Shown: positions 1 through 11,014 of the stretch, in pieces
Layout: the number at the start of each line of letters is the position of its first letter
Numbering within the stretch: the first letter of the stretch is position 1
Source of the DNA: an uncultured delta proteobacterium
Lineage (GTDB): Bacteria > Desulfobacterota > Binatia > UBA9968
Length of the DNA stretch: 64,000 nt
Assembly: GCA_963816145.1 (NCBI GenBank)
Contig: CAWFJP010000029.1
Span: 416,001 to 480,000 of the forward strand
Direction of reading: 5' to 3'
Position numbers and translations under genes: made by a program
Notes under the pieces: generated by a model
Told to the model about the DNA's origin: nothing
Databases searched by the model: none
What the model saw: the letters and a program-made list of their open reading frames with translations, nothing else

Positions 1-3000
1 CGACGCGATGATGGGAGTCTTCGTCAAGAAATTCCCAAATCATGGTCTGCTCTTGGTAGTCGATGAATTGCTAGATTATCTCCGCAGCCGTCATGATCAA
101 CCGTTGATTCTAGACTTGGTTTTCCTGCGTGAGATTGGCGAGGTCTGCAAGGATACCCGTTTCCGCTTCATCGCGGGTGTCCAGGAAGCTATCTTCGATA
201 GCGGCCGGTTTGCCCATGTGGCTGATAGCCTGGGACGGGTTAAAGACCGATTTCAGCAGGTGCCGATTGCGACCACGGACGTCAAATATGTTGTCGCGAA
301 CCGCCTCCTGCAAAAGACACCGGCGCAACTAGAACAAGTTCGTGATTATCTGACGCCTTTCGCCAAGTTCTACGGAAACATGACCGAGCGGATGGATGAC
401 TTCGCCGCGTTATTCCCGATTCATCCGGACTACATCGATACGTTCGGACGAATCCCAATTGTTGAAAAGCGCGGTATTCTACAAATCATTTCCTCTGACA
501 TTAAAGCTCTGGTCGCTAGCGATGTCCCCCAAGATCGCCCCGGCGTCGTTGCATTCGACAGCTTCTGGAAGACGTTAAAGGAAAATCCCGCGCACCGTGC
601 CTTGCCGGATGTCAAAGGAATCATCGATTGCAGTGAGATATTGGAAGCCAAAGTTCGTAGTGCCTTCCCGAAGAAAACCTACCAACCGATGGCTTTGCGG
701 ATCATCGAGGGTCTCTCGGTGCATCGTCTGACAACCGGCGACCTGTATTCACCGCTTGGGTTGACCCCGGAAGAACTGCGCGATGGCTTGTGTCTCTACC
801 ATTCCGGCGCCGCTGATATGGGCGGAGATCCGGCAGACGACTTGCTCTCGCTCATTGAGAATACGCTTCGAGAAATCCACAAGACGGTAAGCGGCCAATT
901 TATTTCGTCGAACAAAGACAACCGGCAGTATTTCCTCGACCTAAAAAAGACCGACGATTACGACGCGCTTATCGAGAAACGTGCTGAACCCCTCGACGGC
1001 AGCACCCTCGACCGCTATTACTACGATGCGCTTCGCCAGGTGCTTGAATGCACCGATATACCTACTCACATCACCGGCTTTCAAATTTGGCAGCACGAAT
1101 TAGAATGGCAGGAACGCAAAGCTGGACGCCTCGGATACTTGTTCTTCGGCGCACCCAACGAGCGCTCCACAGCAGTACCACGGCGTGAATTTTATCTCTA
1201 TTTTATTCAGCCTTTTGACCCGCCGCGTTACACCGATGAGAAAAAGCCCGACGAGGTATTCTTTCGCTTAACCGGAAAAGACGAGGCGTTTTCCCAAAGC
1301 CTTCGGTTATATGCCGCGGCGTTAGAGCTGGGCCACATTTCCTCGGGTATCAAAAAGCAAACCTACGAGAAAAAGGCAGGTGGAACATCTCGGCACACTT
1401 ACGAAGTGGCTGCGCGAGCACTTGTTCCAAGCCGTGGAGGTAACGCATCAGGGAACACGAAAGAAATTCTTAGAGTGGTTAAAAGGAACCGGTGGCGGTG
1501 GCAGTCTCAATATCCGAGATGCGGTCAATACCGTCGCGGCGAAATGTCTTGCTGAGCATTTTGCCAATTGCGCCCCGGAATATCCCCGTTTCTCGACACT
1601 GGTCACTTACGGACGCGACGGCAACGCACAGCAGGCCGCTCAGGAAGCTCTGCGGGGTATCGCCCAAACTAATCGCACCAGACAGGCCACGGCTGTTCTC
1701 GACGCCCTGGAATTACTTGACGCGGACAAAATCGACCCGTCGAAATCACGCTACGCACGGTACATCCTCGACCAACTGAAGGCCAAAGGTCAGGGGCAGG
1801 TCGTCAACCGCCAGGAAATCATCACCACATTAGAACCAGAAATTGAATTCATGGTTCCCGACAAGTTTCGTCTCGAACCCGTTTGGGTGTCAGTGGTATT
1901 AACGGCTCTTGTTCACGCTGGGGATGTCGTTCTGGCTATCCCCGGAGCCAAGTTCGACGCTACAAATCTCAACGCACTTGCCGCTACACCGTTGCAAGAC
2001 CTGCAAAACTTCAAGCACCTGGAGCGCCCCAAGGATTGGGACATCGCCAGCCTCAAAGCGTTGTTCGAGCTTATGGACTTGGCGCCGGGCATGGCGATTC
2101 AGGTTACTCAGGGCGACTCCGTCCCGGTACAGCAACTACACAAAGTGATTAACGAGCGGGTCGAAAGACTGGTTTGGGCAAAGCAGCAGCTTCTCGGCGG
2201 CATTCCTTTCTGGGGCCAGAATCTGTTCAGCGGCGAGGAAATGGAAAAGCTCTCGACGCTGATGACGGAGGCCAAAGAATTTCTCGAAAGCCTTCAAGCT
2301 TATAATACCCCCGGCAAGCTCAAGAATTTTAAGTACGATGCCGGACAAATCAAAGGTTACGAGGCTTCATTTCGCCGGCTGAAGGAGGTGGAAGATCTCC
2401 AAAAGTTCTGCGGCGAATTAGTTCAATTCACCCAATACCTGTCCGCTGCGGCAGCCATGCTGCCGGAGGATCACGCTTGGGTTGCCGAAAGCAAAAGCAA
2501 GCGAACCGAATTGCTCGCCGAAATTCGCAAACCTGCCCAACGGGAATCCGCAATCGTTTAAATCTGAGCTGCTCGCTCAATTGAAAAAACTCAAAGCCGG
2601 GTACATCAAGATTTATCTCGATCTCTATCGCAAAGCGCGGCTCAGTTTAGCGCAGGACAAGGGAAAAGAAAGATCTCCTTCAAGATTACCGCCTCAAGCA
2701 ACTCCGTCGTTTAGCCACAGTTGCCTCAATCAACTCGGTGCAATTAACTCAGTTCGACAGCCAGCTAGATAAGATCAAGACTGGAACTGCGGTTACGGAA
2801 AAGGATCTGGAAAACGAACCCCGATCTCCGGACGGCTTCTGGCCGAGTATGGAAGACACCAGCGTATCTGCCGAGACTCGTTTGAAAAACCTGAAAGTCG
2901 AGCTTGACCGGATTCACAAAGGCTGGACCAAGAGCCTACTCAACGATTTAAATGACCCAGTGATCCAGAGCAATTTCGACCTGTTCAAGGCTGCTCAAAA

Positions 3001-3250
3001 AAAGATGCTTAAAAGCTTTATGGCAGACAAAGAGCTGCCCGACGATATATCACAGGAATTCCTGGCCGCCATCCAAAGCGCTCTATCTGGGTTGTCCAAG
3101 TTGCCGATCAAGCTCGATGAGTTAAAGAAGGTTTTGTTCCCCGACGGAAGCCCCGCTACCCCAAAGGAATTCAAAGAGAGATTCGCAGAATATCTAGATA
3201 AACTTCTCAAAGGACGCGATGCCGCAAAGGTTCGGCTCGTCATCGAGTAA
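1..3250 (+). CDS. brxC: BREX type 3 ATPase BrxC/PglY (DUF6079 family); 5'-partial, interrupted by three +1 frameshifts (~1379, ~2552, ~2662)
   Basis: ORFs 8-1555, 1380-2561, 2482-2772 and 2738-3250 join into one frame (YEKKA|VEHLGTL, RESA|SFKSELL, QDK|EKKDLLQDY) when one base is removed at each junction. Walker B-like [12 protein letters not shown]; C-terminus [12 protein letters not shown]; context upstream of pglXI-brxHII-pglZ. Confidence 0.85.
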
Positions 3251-3273
3251 AGCTACATACAAACTAAAACTCC

Positions 3274-5196
3274 ATGACCCTGGACGAATTAAAAGCGCGA
3301 TTGAATCAGCTCGAATGGCGCGACGTAGAATTCAAAGAATCCACCTTCGACATTCCCAAGAATGCTTATCCGACCGTTTCGGCATTTTCCAACACTGAAG
3401 GTGGCTGGATTGTTTTTGGCATTCAGGCAAAGGGTGGGCAATTTACCATCAAAGGAGTCGTCAACGCTGACGAATTGCAAAACGGATTCATCGGCACGCT
3501 GCGTCAGAAGGGCAAGTTCAGTTGTGCCATCGCTTTCAAGGAAACCCAACTGCACGACGGTAGCGACACCGTCCTAGTCTTTTACATTCCGGAAGTTCAT
3601 CGTTCTGACAAGCCCGTTTATCTGGATGGGAGGATCGAGGAAACCTATGTGCGCAAGGGCGGCACGACGCAGAAGTGTAATCGCAACGAAATCGAAGCAT
3701 TCCTCCGTGACGCCTCACTTGAGCACTTCGAGGATCGAGTTGTTGATACGTTAGAAGTGGATTCTTGTTTTGACGCCGATAGCCTGAAGTGGTATCGACG
3801 TTTTTTCCACGAGCGCCAACCAGGCCACGAAACCGAATCGAAGAGTGACGTTGAGTTTCTGGAACACTTCGGATTAGTGTTGCCAGTGAATGCCACTCTT
3901 CGTCCCACGCGAGCGGCCATACTTCTCTTTGGTTCGAACGCCGCCATGCACCGCGTGCTACCGCGGCAGGTCGTGGACGTTTTTATTTTCCAATGCAATA
4001 GTGCTGATAGATTGCCGGAGCAACGTTGGGACGACCGCATCGAAACCTTATCCGAAGGAAACATCCTTAACGCGTGGCGGCGTATCGTAGCCATGTATAC
4101 GTCCAAATTTGCCGAAAGCCGATTTGAATTGGACGACGTGACTTTACAACGTAAGGGGACGCCACCCGATTATCTTGCTTTTCGCGAAGCTGTTCTGAAC
4201 CTATTGATTCATCAGGACTACGGGGACCATGGCCGTAAGGCCAATATTACGATTTTCACCGATGAAGTGACATTCTGGAATCCAGGTTCATCATTTGTGG
4301 CAGGTGAAGAGTTTTTTAAGCCTGGTGATAAGCCAGTTCGTAATACGCGGTTGCGCGCCATGCTCACGCGCATCGGTATCGGGGAGCAGGCAAATACGGG
4401 CGTTAGGAACATTTTTGCGCACCAGCGCACGATGGGCAGAGTAGCGCCGAGAATAGCGAACGATCCGGTCAGCCACGCGTTCTCCATTACCCTGTCTAAA
4501 CAAAGCGTCGAGTCGGAACGCCAAAGGTTGATAAAACTAAATCTAGGGGCACACCTTACTGAGGAGCAAGCGGCTGTTTTCATTCATTGTTGGCAGCGTG
4601 GTGAGATCCGACCTCTGGAAGCCCAATCGGTCTGCGGTCAGCCTTTGACCGAAACCCAGAAAGTTTTGAACTCCCTTTGTACCCAGAGTCTGCTGGAGCG
4701 CCAGAGCGACGTAAGTGGGGAGGTTTTCCAGGTTGCTGCTCATTTGCGTGAAATCTTTGCCGGCAGCGGGACCAAAACCCAGCAAGCCAAGCCCAGCTTG
4801 ATCACTGAACAAGCTGCTCAGCCACCGGCTAACATGTTCACTGAACAAGCTGACGTTTTGCGTCAGATGACCGAAAAGCACTGGCAGGTCCTTGCGTTCT
4901 GCGATCTACCGAAAACGATTTCTGAGATCCGCAGCCGCATCGAAATTGCCAGTCGGCAGCATGTAAAGTACCGATATATTGATGTTCTCTTGCGTGGCGG
5001 ACTGATTAAGATGACCCTACCGGAGAATCCCACCAGCCCTAAGCAAGCTTACGTCGTAACCTCGGCTGGGTTAGAACTCATAAAAAACAAGGTCGCCAAT
5101 AGTTCCGTCGCTGACCAAGCTTCGCCGCCCCACAATCAACTTGGTCAGTCGGCGAGTGAACAAGCTTCTGGACAGAAACCGGACGGCAAGACATGA
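3274..5196 (+). CDS. Schlafen/AlbA_2 domain + HATPase_c_4 (RecG-C-like) domain + C-terminal winged HTH protein
   Basis: N-terminal EWRDVEFKE and VSAFSNTEGGWIVFG (AlbA_2); middle AFREAVLNLLIHQDY...NPG...RN...GEQANTGV (HATPase_c_4); C-terminal MTLPENPTSPKQAY (Fic-like C-terminal HTH). Confidence 0.8.
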   Translation: MTLDELKARLNQLEWRDVEFKESTFDIPKNAYPTVSAFSNTEGGWIVFGIQAKGGQFTIKGVVNADELQNGFIGTLRQKGKFSCAIAFKETQLHDGSDTVLVFYIPEVHRSDKPVYLDGRIEETYVRKGGTTQKCNRNEIEAFLRDASLEHFEDRVVDTLEVDSCFDADSLKWYRRFFHERQPGHETESKSDVEFLEHFGLVLPVNATLRPTRAAILLFGSNAAMHRVLPRQVVDVFIFQCNSADRLPEQRWDDRIETLSEGNILNAWRRIVAMYTSKFAESRFELDDVTLQRKGTPPDYLAFREAVLNLLIHQDYGDHGRKANITIFTDEVTFWNPGSSFVAGEEFFKPGDKPVRNTRLRAMLTRIGIGEQANTGVRNIFAHQRTMGRVAPRIANDPVSHAFSITLSKQSVESERQRLIKLNLGAHLTEEQAAVFIHCWQRGEIRPLEAQSVCGQPLTETQKVLNSLCTQSLLERQSDVSGEVFQVAAHLREIFAGSGTKTQQAKPSLITEQAAQPPANMFTEQADVLRQMTEKHWQVLAFCDLPKTISEIRSRIEIASRQHVKYRYIDVLLRGGLIKMTLPENPTSPKQAYVVTSAGLELIKNKVANSSVADQASPPHNQLGQSASEQASGQKPDGKT

Positions 5197-5307
5197 ATCT
5201 AGTTCCGTACTGCTGCTTGATCGAACCCGCAGCGGGACTGAAGCTTGTTCGGTGCCGCCGAAGATGGCGTTACCCTGCAAGCGAAAGTCCTTTCAGCGCA
5301 TAACACC

Positions 5308-8226
5308 ATGGAACAATCCAAACTAAATCTTCCGGACCAAACCGCCGGCCCGGTCGAGTGTCTTGGCGAAACGTTTCCCAGCGACGCAGCCCGTCGAGAG
5401 CATTACCTGAAACTGCTAGCCCAAAAACTGAAGGACCCGGAGTTCCGCAAGATCGAGGGTTTCCCGATCGGCAAGGATGAGGACATTCTCGCGCTGTCCG
5501 ATCCGCCTTACTACACTGCCTGTCCGAATCCGTGGCTCGGCGAGTTCATCAAGCGCTACGGCACACCATTTGATCCGAAGCAGCCGTACCACCGCGAGCC
5601 GTTCGCTACGGATGTTAAAGAAAACAAGCATCATCCCATCTACAACGCACACACCTATCACACGAAAGTCCCTCACCGTGCGATCATGCGCTACATTTTG
5701 CATTACACTGAACCGGGAGACTTGGTCCTGGATGCATTTGCTGGGACTGGTATGACCGGGGTGGCAGCCCAACTTTGCGGCGACCGTGGCGAAGTACAAG
5801 CGCTCGGCTATCGCGTTAAAGATGACGGCACAATTCTCAACGACAAAGGCGAAACGGTTTCGAAACTCGGCATTCGTCGGGCCATTCTTAACGAACTCGG
5901 ACCATCGGCTAGCTTTTTGTCGCAGTGTCATAACTACGGCGCACTGTGCACGGATTTCAAAGCCGTAGCATCTGCTTCGATACAAAAAATCGAGCAGGAG
6001 TTTGGCTGGATGTTCCAAACTCTTCATTCTCCTGAAGAAAAGGACATCACGGCGATTGTTGAATTAATAAAGAAGCAGGCCTCTCGCAAACCGGACTTTG
6101 GCTCATCGGCCGGCACGATAAATTACACGATTTGGTCCGAGGTTTTCGTTTGTTCCGAGTGTGGTGGGGATGTGGTGTTTTGGGATGCCGCAGTGGACAA
6201 AGACAATGGTCTTATGCGCGATTCTTTCCCGTGTCCACATTGCGATGCGCAATTGACCAAGCGGGGCTTAGATCAATCATTTATTTCCAGACTCGACCCC
6301 GCCCTTAACGAAGTGGTGAAGCAGGCCAAAATTGTTCCCGTGCTAATTAACTATACCTTTAGAGGACGAAGATACGAAAAAAAACCTGACCGTGCCGACC
6401 TCGCCTTGGCAGAAAGATGCGAATCACAACACATACCTTCTTGGTTTCCTTCGGACAGAATGCCGGAAGGGGTTGAAACTCGTCGCAACGATTCTGGAGG
6501 ATTGACACATTTTCATCATTTCTACACGAGACGAAATCTTGGAATCTTCGCCGCCGCGTGGGCGACACTACCATCGACACACAAATGGATTGTAACAGGC
6601 TGTCTCCACAGAGGATCAAAACAGCACCAGGTTGCAATCACACGCGTTGGCGGCGAAAAGGCTGGCGAAGGCGGAGCCACTGCTGGTCATCGTCGCGGGA
6701 CCCTCTATGTCCCGTCAAATCAGGTTGAAATGAATGGCATAGCTCTGATGCGAGATCGTGCCGACGCGATAGCCAAAGGCATTGCGTCCATGCCACAGAC
6801 AGATGCTGTCATTGTGTCTACCCAATCCGCTAGTTCGCTGAAGTTAATGCCTGAGTCGCTTGATTACTTTTTTTTCGACCCTCCGTTCGGCGCGAACATC
6901 GCGTACTCAGAGTTGAACTCGACTACAGAAGCATGGATTAGAGTTTTTACCAATAAGACGCCTGAGGCAATTGAGGATCGAGCGCAGAAAAAGAGCATCC
7001 AGTCCTACAAGGAACTCATCTCTGCCTGTTTCAATGCAGTCTATAGCGCTCTTAAACCGGGCCGCTGGATGACAGTCGAGTTCTCTAACACACAGGCCGC
7101 CATTTGGAACGCCATTCAAACCGCTCTCCAAGAAGCCGGCTTCGTAGTAGCAAACGTATCTGCGCTCAACAAGGGCCGTGGCGGACTTATGGCAATCGTC
7201 GGCGTTACGGCGGTGAAGCAGGATCTTGTCATCTCCGCTTACAAGCCGAACGGTGGGTTAGAGGAACGCTTCGCCAAACGAGGCGAGACCGAAGAAGGAG
7301 CTTGGGATTTCATTCGCACACACCTTAAGAATCTGCCCGTGGTCAAAGCTAAAGGTGGGCAAATGGAGGTAATTGTTGAACGAGACCCACGCATTCTTTA
7401 TGACCGCATGGTAGCATTTTATGTCCGCCATTCCACACCTGTTCCGCTCAGTTCCGCCGAATTCCAGGCGGGACTGGCAGATAAGTTTCCAGAACGCGAC
7501 GACATGTTCTTCCTGCCCGAGCAGGTCAACGAATACGACAAAAAGCGGGCGCAGTTGGAGAACGTCGGTCAATTGGCCATCTTCGTTGAAGACGAACGCA
7601 GTGCCATCAATTGGCTACGCAGTTTTCTAAAAGATCGCCCGTCAACATATCAAGACATCCAACCGGAGTTCATGCAACAACTCAGTGCTAGCTGGAAGAA
7701 GTGGGAGACTCGGCCGGAATTGAGCGCGCTCCTTGATCAAAGTTTTCTCTGTTACGATGGAACGGGTGATGTTCCGAGCCAGATCCACAGCTACCTGTCG
7801 TCCGAGTTCAAAAACTTGCGGAACCTGCCGAAAGATCATGCGCAGTTGAAGGCTAAAGCCAAGAACCGCTGGTTCGTGCCTGATCCGAAAAATCTTATCC
7901 AAGTGGAGCAACAGCGAAACAAAAAACTGCTGGAGGAGTTCTGGACGTATCTACCGGACGGCTACACGCCACCCGTGTTGACGGCGAACAAGGGCCAGAC
8001 GCTGCCCGGCCGTGCTGTCCCGCGTCCGAAGATCCCTAAGGGTAAAAAACTCAAAGAACTCCGCTCCGAGGCAGTCCGCGTCGGCTTCAAACATTGCTAC
8101 CAGCAGAAAGACTACCAGACGATTCTGGTTGTGGCTGAGATGTTGCCGGAGAGCGTGTTGAACGAGGATGAGCAGTTGCAAATGCTTTACGACACCGCCG
8201 TAACGCGCAGTGGCGCCGGTGAGTGA
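5308..8226 (+). CDS. pglXI: BREX type 3 DNA methyltransferase PglXI
   Basis: YNAHTYHTKVPH, SAM-binding DAFAGTGMTG, catalytic DPPF, CxxC...CPHC zinc motif; start placed at the ATG of MEQSKL. Confidence 0.85.
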   Translation: MEQSKLNLPDQTAGPVECLGETFPSDAARREHYLKLLAQKLKDPEFRKIEGFPIGKDEDILALSDPPYYTACPNPWLGEFIKRYGTPFDPKQPYHREPFATDVKENKHHPIYNAHTYHTKVPHRAIMRYILHYTEPGDLVLDAFAGTGMTGVAAQLCGDRGEVQALGYRVKDDGTILNDKGETVSKLGIRRAILNELGPSASFLSQCHNYGALCTDFKAVASASIQKIEQEFGWMFQTLHSPEEKDITAIVELIKKQASRKPDFGSSAGTINYTIWSEVFVCSECGGDVVFWDAAVDKDNGLMRDSFPCPHCDAQLTKRGLDQSFISRLDPALNEVVKQAKIVPVLINYTFRGRRYEKKPDRADLALAERCESQHIPSWFPSDRMPEGVETRRNDSGGLTHFHHFYTRRNLGIFAAAWATLPSTHKWIVTGCLHRGSKQHQVAITRVGGEKAGEGGATAGHRRGTLYVPSNQVEMNGIALMRDRADAIAKGIASMPQTDAVIVSTQSASSLKLMPESLDYFFFDPPFGANIAYSELNSTTEAWIRVFTNKTPEAIEDRAQKKSIQSYKELISACFNAVYSALKPGRWMTVEFSNTQAAIWNAIQTALQEAGFVVANVSALNKGRGGLMAIVGVTAVKQDLVISAYKPNGGLEERFAKRGETEEGAWDFIRTHLKNLPVVKAKGGQMEVIVERDPRILYDRMVAFYVRHSTPVPLSSAEFQAGLADKFPERDDMFFLPEQVNEYDKKRAQLENVGQLAIFVEDERSAINWLRSFLKDRPSTYQDIQPEFMQQLSASWKKWETRPELSALLDQSFLCYDGTGDVPSQIHSYLSSEFKNLRNLPKDHAQLKAKAKNRWFVPDPKNLIQVEQQRNKKLLEEFWTYLPDGYTPPVLTANKGQTLPGRAVPRPKIPKGKKLKELRSEAVRVGFKHCYQQKDYQTILVVAEMLPESVLNEDEQLQMLYDTAVTRSGAGE

Positions 8227-8235
8227 TGACAGCGA

Positions 8236-11012
8236 ATGTTTGAACCCGGTCAATGGCTATGGAGCATCGAGCACCGCCAGCCTTGCAAGGTGGTCGAGGT
8301 TTCTCGCCTTTGGGATGACGCCACCTATCACGTCTGGTTTCCCGCGACCGACAGCGTCGTCCGCGCCACGCCAGATCGACTGAAGCCACTCGATGCCGCC
8401 GAGGCCGGCCATCCGGCTCGCATCCGTTATGTCCTCTACGCTGCCCGTATCGCAAATCTCTTGAGCGAGGATGTTCTACTCGCCCCGGCGAGCGCATCGG
8501 TTATTCCGTTGCCGCACCAATTGAGGGCACTTCGCCGCGCCGTATCACAGGATCGCGTTCGCTTCCTATTGGCCGACGAAGTCGGCTTGGGCAAGACCAT
8601 CGAAGCCGGCTTGATCATGCGCGAACTCAAGTTGCGCGGTCTGGTGCGGCGCACATTGGTCATCGCACCCAAGGGCCTCGTCACCCAATGGATGGCTGAG
8701 ATGCAGACGCACTTCGGCGAAGACTTCCGTTTCTTCTCGCCCGCTGACTTCTCCGCTTACCGCCGCATTGCGTCCAATGAAAATGTCTGGCGCTCGTTCG
8801 ATCAGGTGATTTGCTCGCTTGATTCGGTCAAACCGCTCGAAGCCCGTCAGGGCTGGTCACGGGACGACATCACTGAGTTCAACAAGGAACGCTTTGAAGA
8901 CCTCATCACGGCGGGTTGGGATTTAATCATTGTGGACGAGTCTCACCGCATCGGCGGCAGCACCGAACAGGTTGCGCGACATCAGTTGGGCCGCGGCCTG
9001 TCGGAGGCGAGTCCCTATTTTCTTCTGCTTTCCGCTACGCCGCACCAGGGCAAGAGCGATGCCTTCCACCGGCTCGTGTCGTTACTGGATAAGAAGGCTT
9101 TCCCCGAACCCGGCAGCGTTACCCGCGAGCGCATCCATCCCTATGTGATTCGCACGGAGAAGCGCCAGGCGATTGACGCGGACGGCGATTCGCTCTTCAA
9201 ACCGCGCATCACCAAATTGGTCGGCGTGAATTGGACAGGCCACGAGGACCAGAAGCAGCTCTACGACGCGGTCACCGAATATGTGCGCGAAGGTTACAAC
9301 CAGGCCATGCGCGAAAAGAAGACGTATGTCGGCTTCTTGATGATCCTGATGCAGCGGTTGGTCACTAGTTCTACGAACGCCATCATTACCACCCTGGAAA
9401 AACGTCTCTCCGCTCTGCAAGAGCCCGGCGAGCAACTATCACTACTGCCTTTGATGGCTGAGGAGGAGTGGAACGAGTTGGATGGTCAGGACCAGCTCGA
9501 ATCATTTCTCAGAACACGGCTCGCGGCTTTGAAAAACGAGCGCGCCGAGGTTGAGTTGCTTCTGACTGCGGCGCGCAAGGTGCAGGCCCGTGGTCCGGAC
9601 GCCAAGGCGGAGGCGTTGCTCGAATGGGTTTACAAGTTCCAACAAGAGGAAGGCGACCCGGACGTGAAGCTGCTGGTCTTCACTGAGTTTGTTCCAACTC
9701 AGCAGATGCTCGCGGAGTTTCTCAGCAATCGCGGCATCTCGGTCGCTTGTCTCAACGGCAGCATGACCATGGAGCAACGCCAGCAGGTGCAGGAAGCGTT
9801 CGCCAAGGAAGTCCGGATTCTCATTTCCACCGATGCCGGCGGCGAAGGCTTGAACCTCCAGTTCTGTCATATCGTCGTCAACTTCGACATGCCGTGGAAT
9901 CCCATGCGGATCGAACAACGCATCGGCCGGGTGGACCGCATCGGCCAGCAATCAGTGGTCCGGGCGATCAACTTTCTTTTCGCCGACAGCGTTGAATTCC
10001 GCGTGCGCGATGTTCTGGAAGAAAAGCTCGCGGTCATTCTCGAAGAGTTTGGTGTGGACAAAACTAGCGACGTTCTGGACTCGGCCGAAGCGGCGCATCT
10101 GTTCGACAATCTGTATGTGGACGCACTGTTGCACCCAGACCGGATTTCCCAAACCGTCGAACAAGTGACAGAGACCATCAAAGCCCGCGCCGGTGACGCT
10201 CACTCGAAAAACTCCATGCTGTCCAACGGTGAGGCGTTGTCGTCCGAGGAGGCAAAAAACGCGCTGAATCACCCGTTGGCCGAGTGGATAGAACGCATGA
10301 CCGAGAATTATCTGGATGCTTTCGGCGGCAAATACGAAGCCGAGTTGGACAGCCTGCGCATCCAATGGCCCGGCGAAACCGAAATGCACCTGTACGCGCT
10401 TCCCACGCGCACTGGCACGCCACCTCCCAAAACTGAATTGCTCCGGCTCGATCACCCCAAGGTGCGCGGTATTCTCTCGCGACTGCCCCGCTTTGTGCCG
10501 GGCATGCCGGTCCCCACGCTGCGGTTTTCGTCGCTCCCGGCCAATCTCATTGGCGTGTGGTCGCTCTGGGAAATCAGCATCGTGACGCAAGACCGCCAGA
10601 AGCGCCGGATGCTGCCGCTGTTCGTCCATGACGACGGGCGGGTACTAGCGCCTACGGCGCGATTTCTCTGGGAGCAGCTTTGTCTTGAACCGTGGTCAGT
10701 GGATCAAACGCCGGCGGCGGCATGAACGAAGAAGTTTTTCGCAAAACCGAGACGCTCGCGCATGAGCAATGCCGCGATCTGTACCTGGAGATGCGGCAAC
10801 GGCACTTGAGCCAGCTGCAGCTTGAAAAGGAAAAAGCAGACTACAGCTTTCGTGCGCGGCGCAAACTGCTTCAGGCGATCGGCCTACCCGAAGTCCGCGA
10901 CTTCCGTCTGCGCCAGTTCGCACAGGAAGAAACCCAATATGCTGAGGAGTTGAAGCGGCAGAGCCAGGTCATGCCGCAGCTGACACCACTGCTGATGTTG
11001 AAAGTGTCCTGA
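8236..11012 (+). CDS. brxHII: BREX type 3 SNF2-family helicase BrxHII; C-terminal ~96 aa in a separate frame (10722-11012)
   Basis: LADEVGLGKT, IVDESHR, SATP, STDAGGEGLNLQ, QRIGRVDRIGQ. Main ORF stops at 10725; the continuation MNEEVFRK...LLMLKVS starts at an overlapping ATGA. Confidence 0.85.
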
Positions 11013-11014
11013 CC

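Noticed and set aside
1370-2670. Programmed ribosomal frameshifting in brxC
   Set aside because: Three separate same-direction shifts with no consistent slippery heptamer or downstream structure; indel error or decay is simpler.
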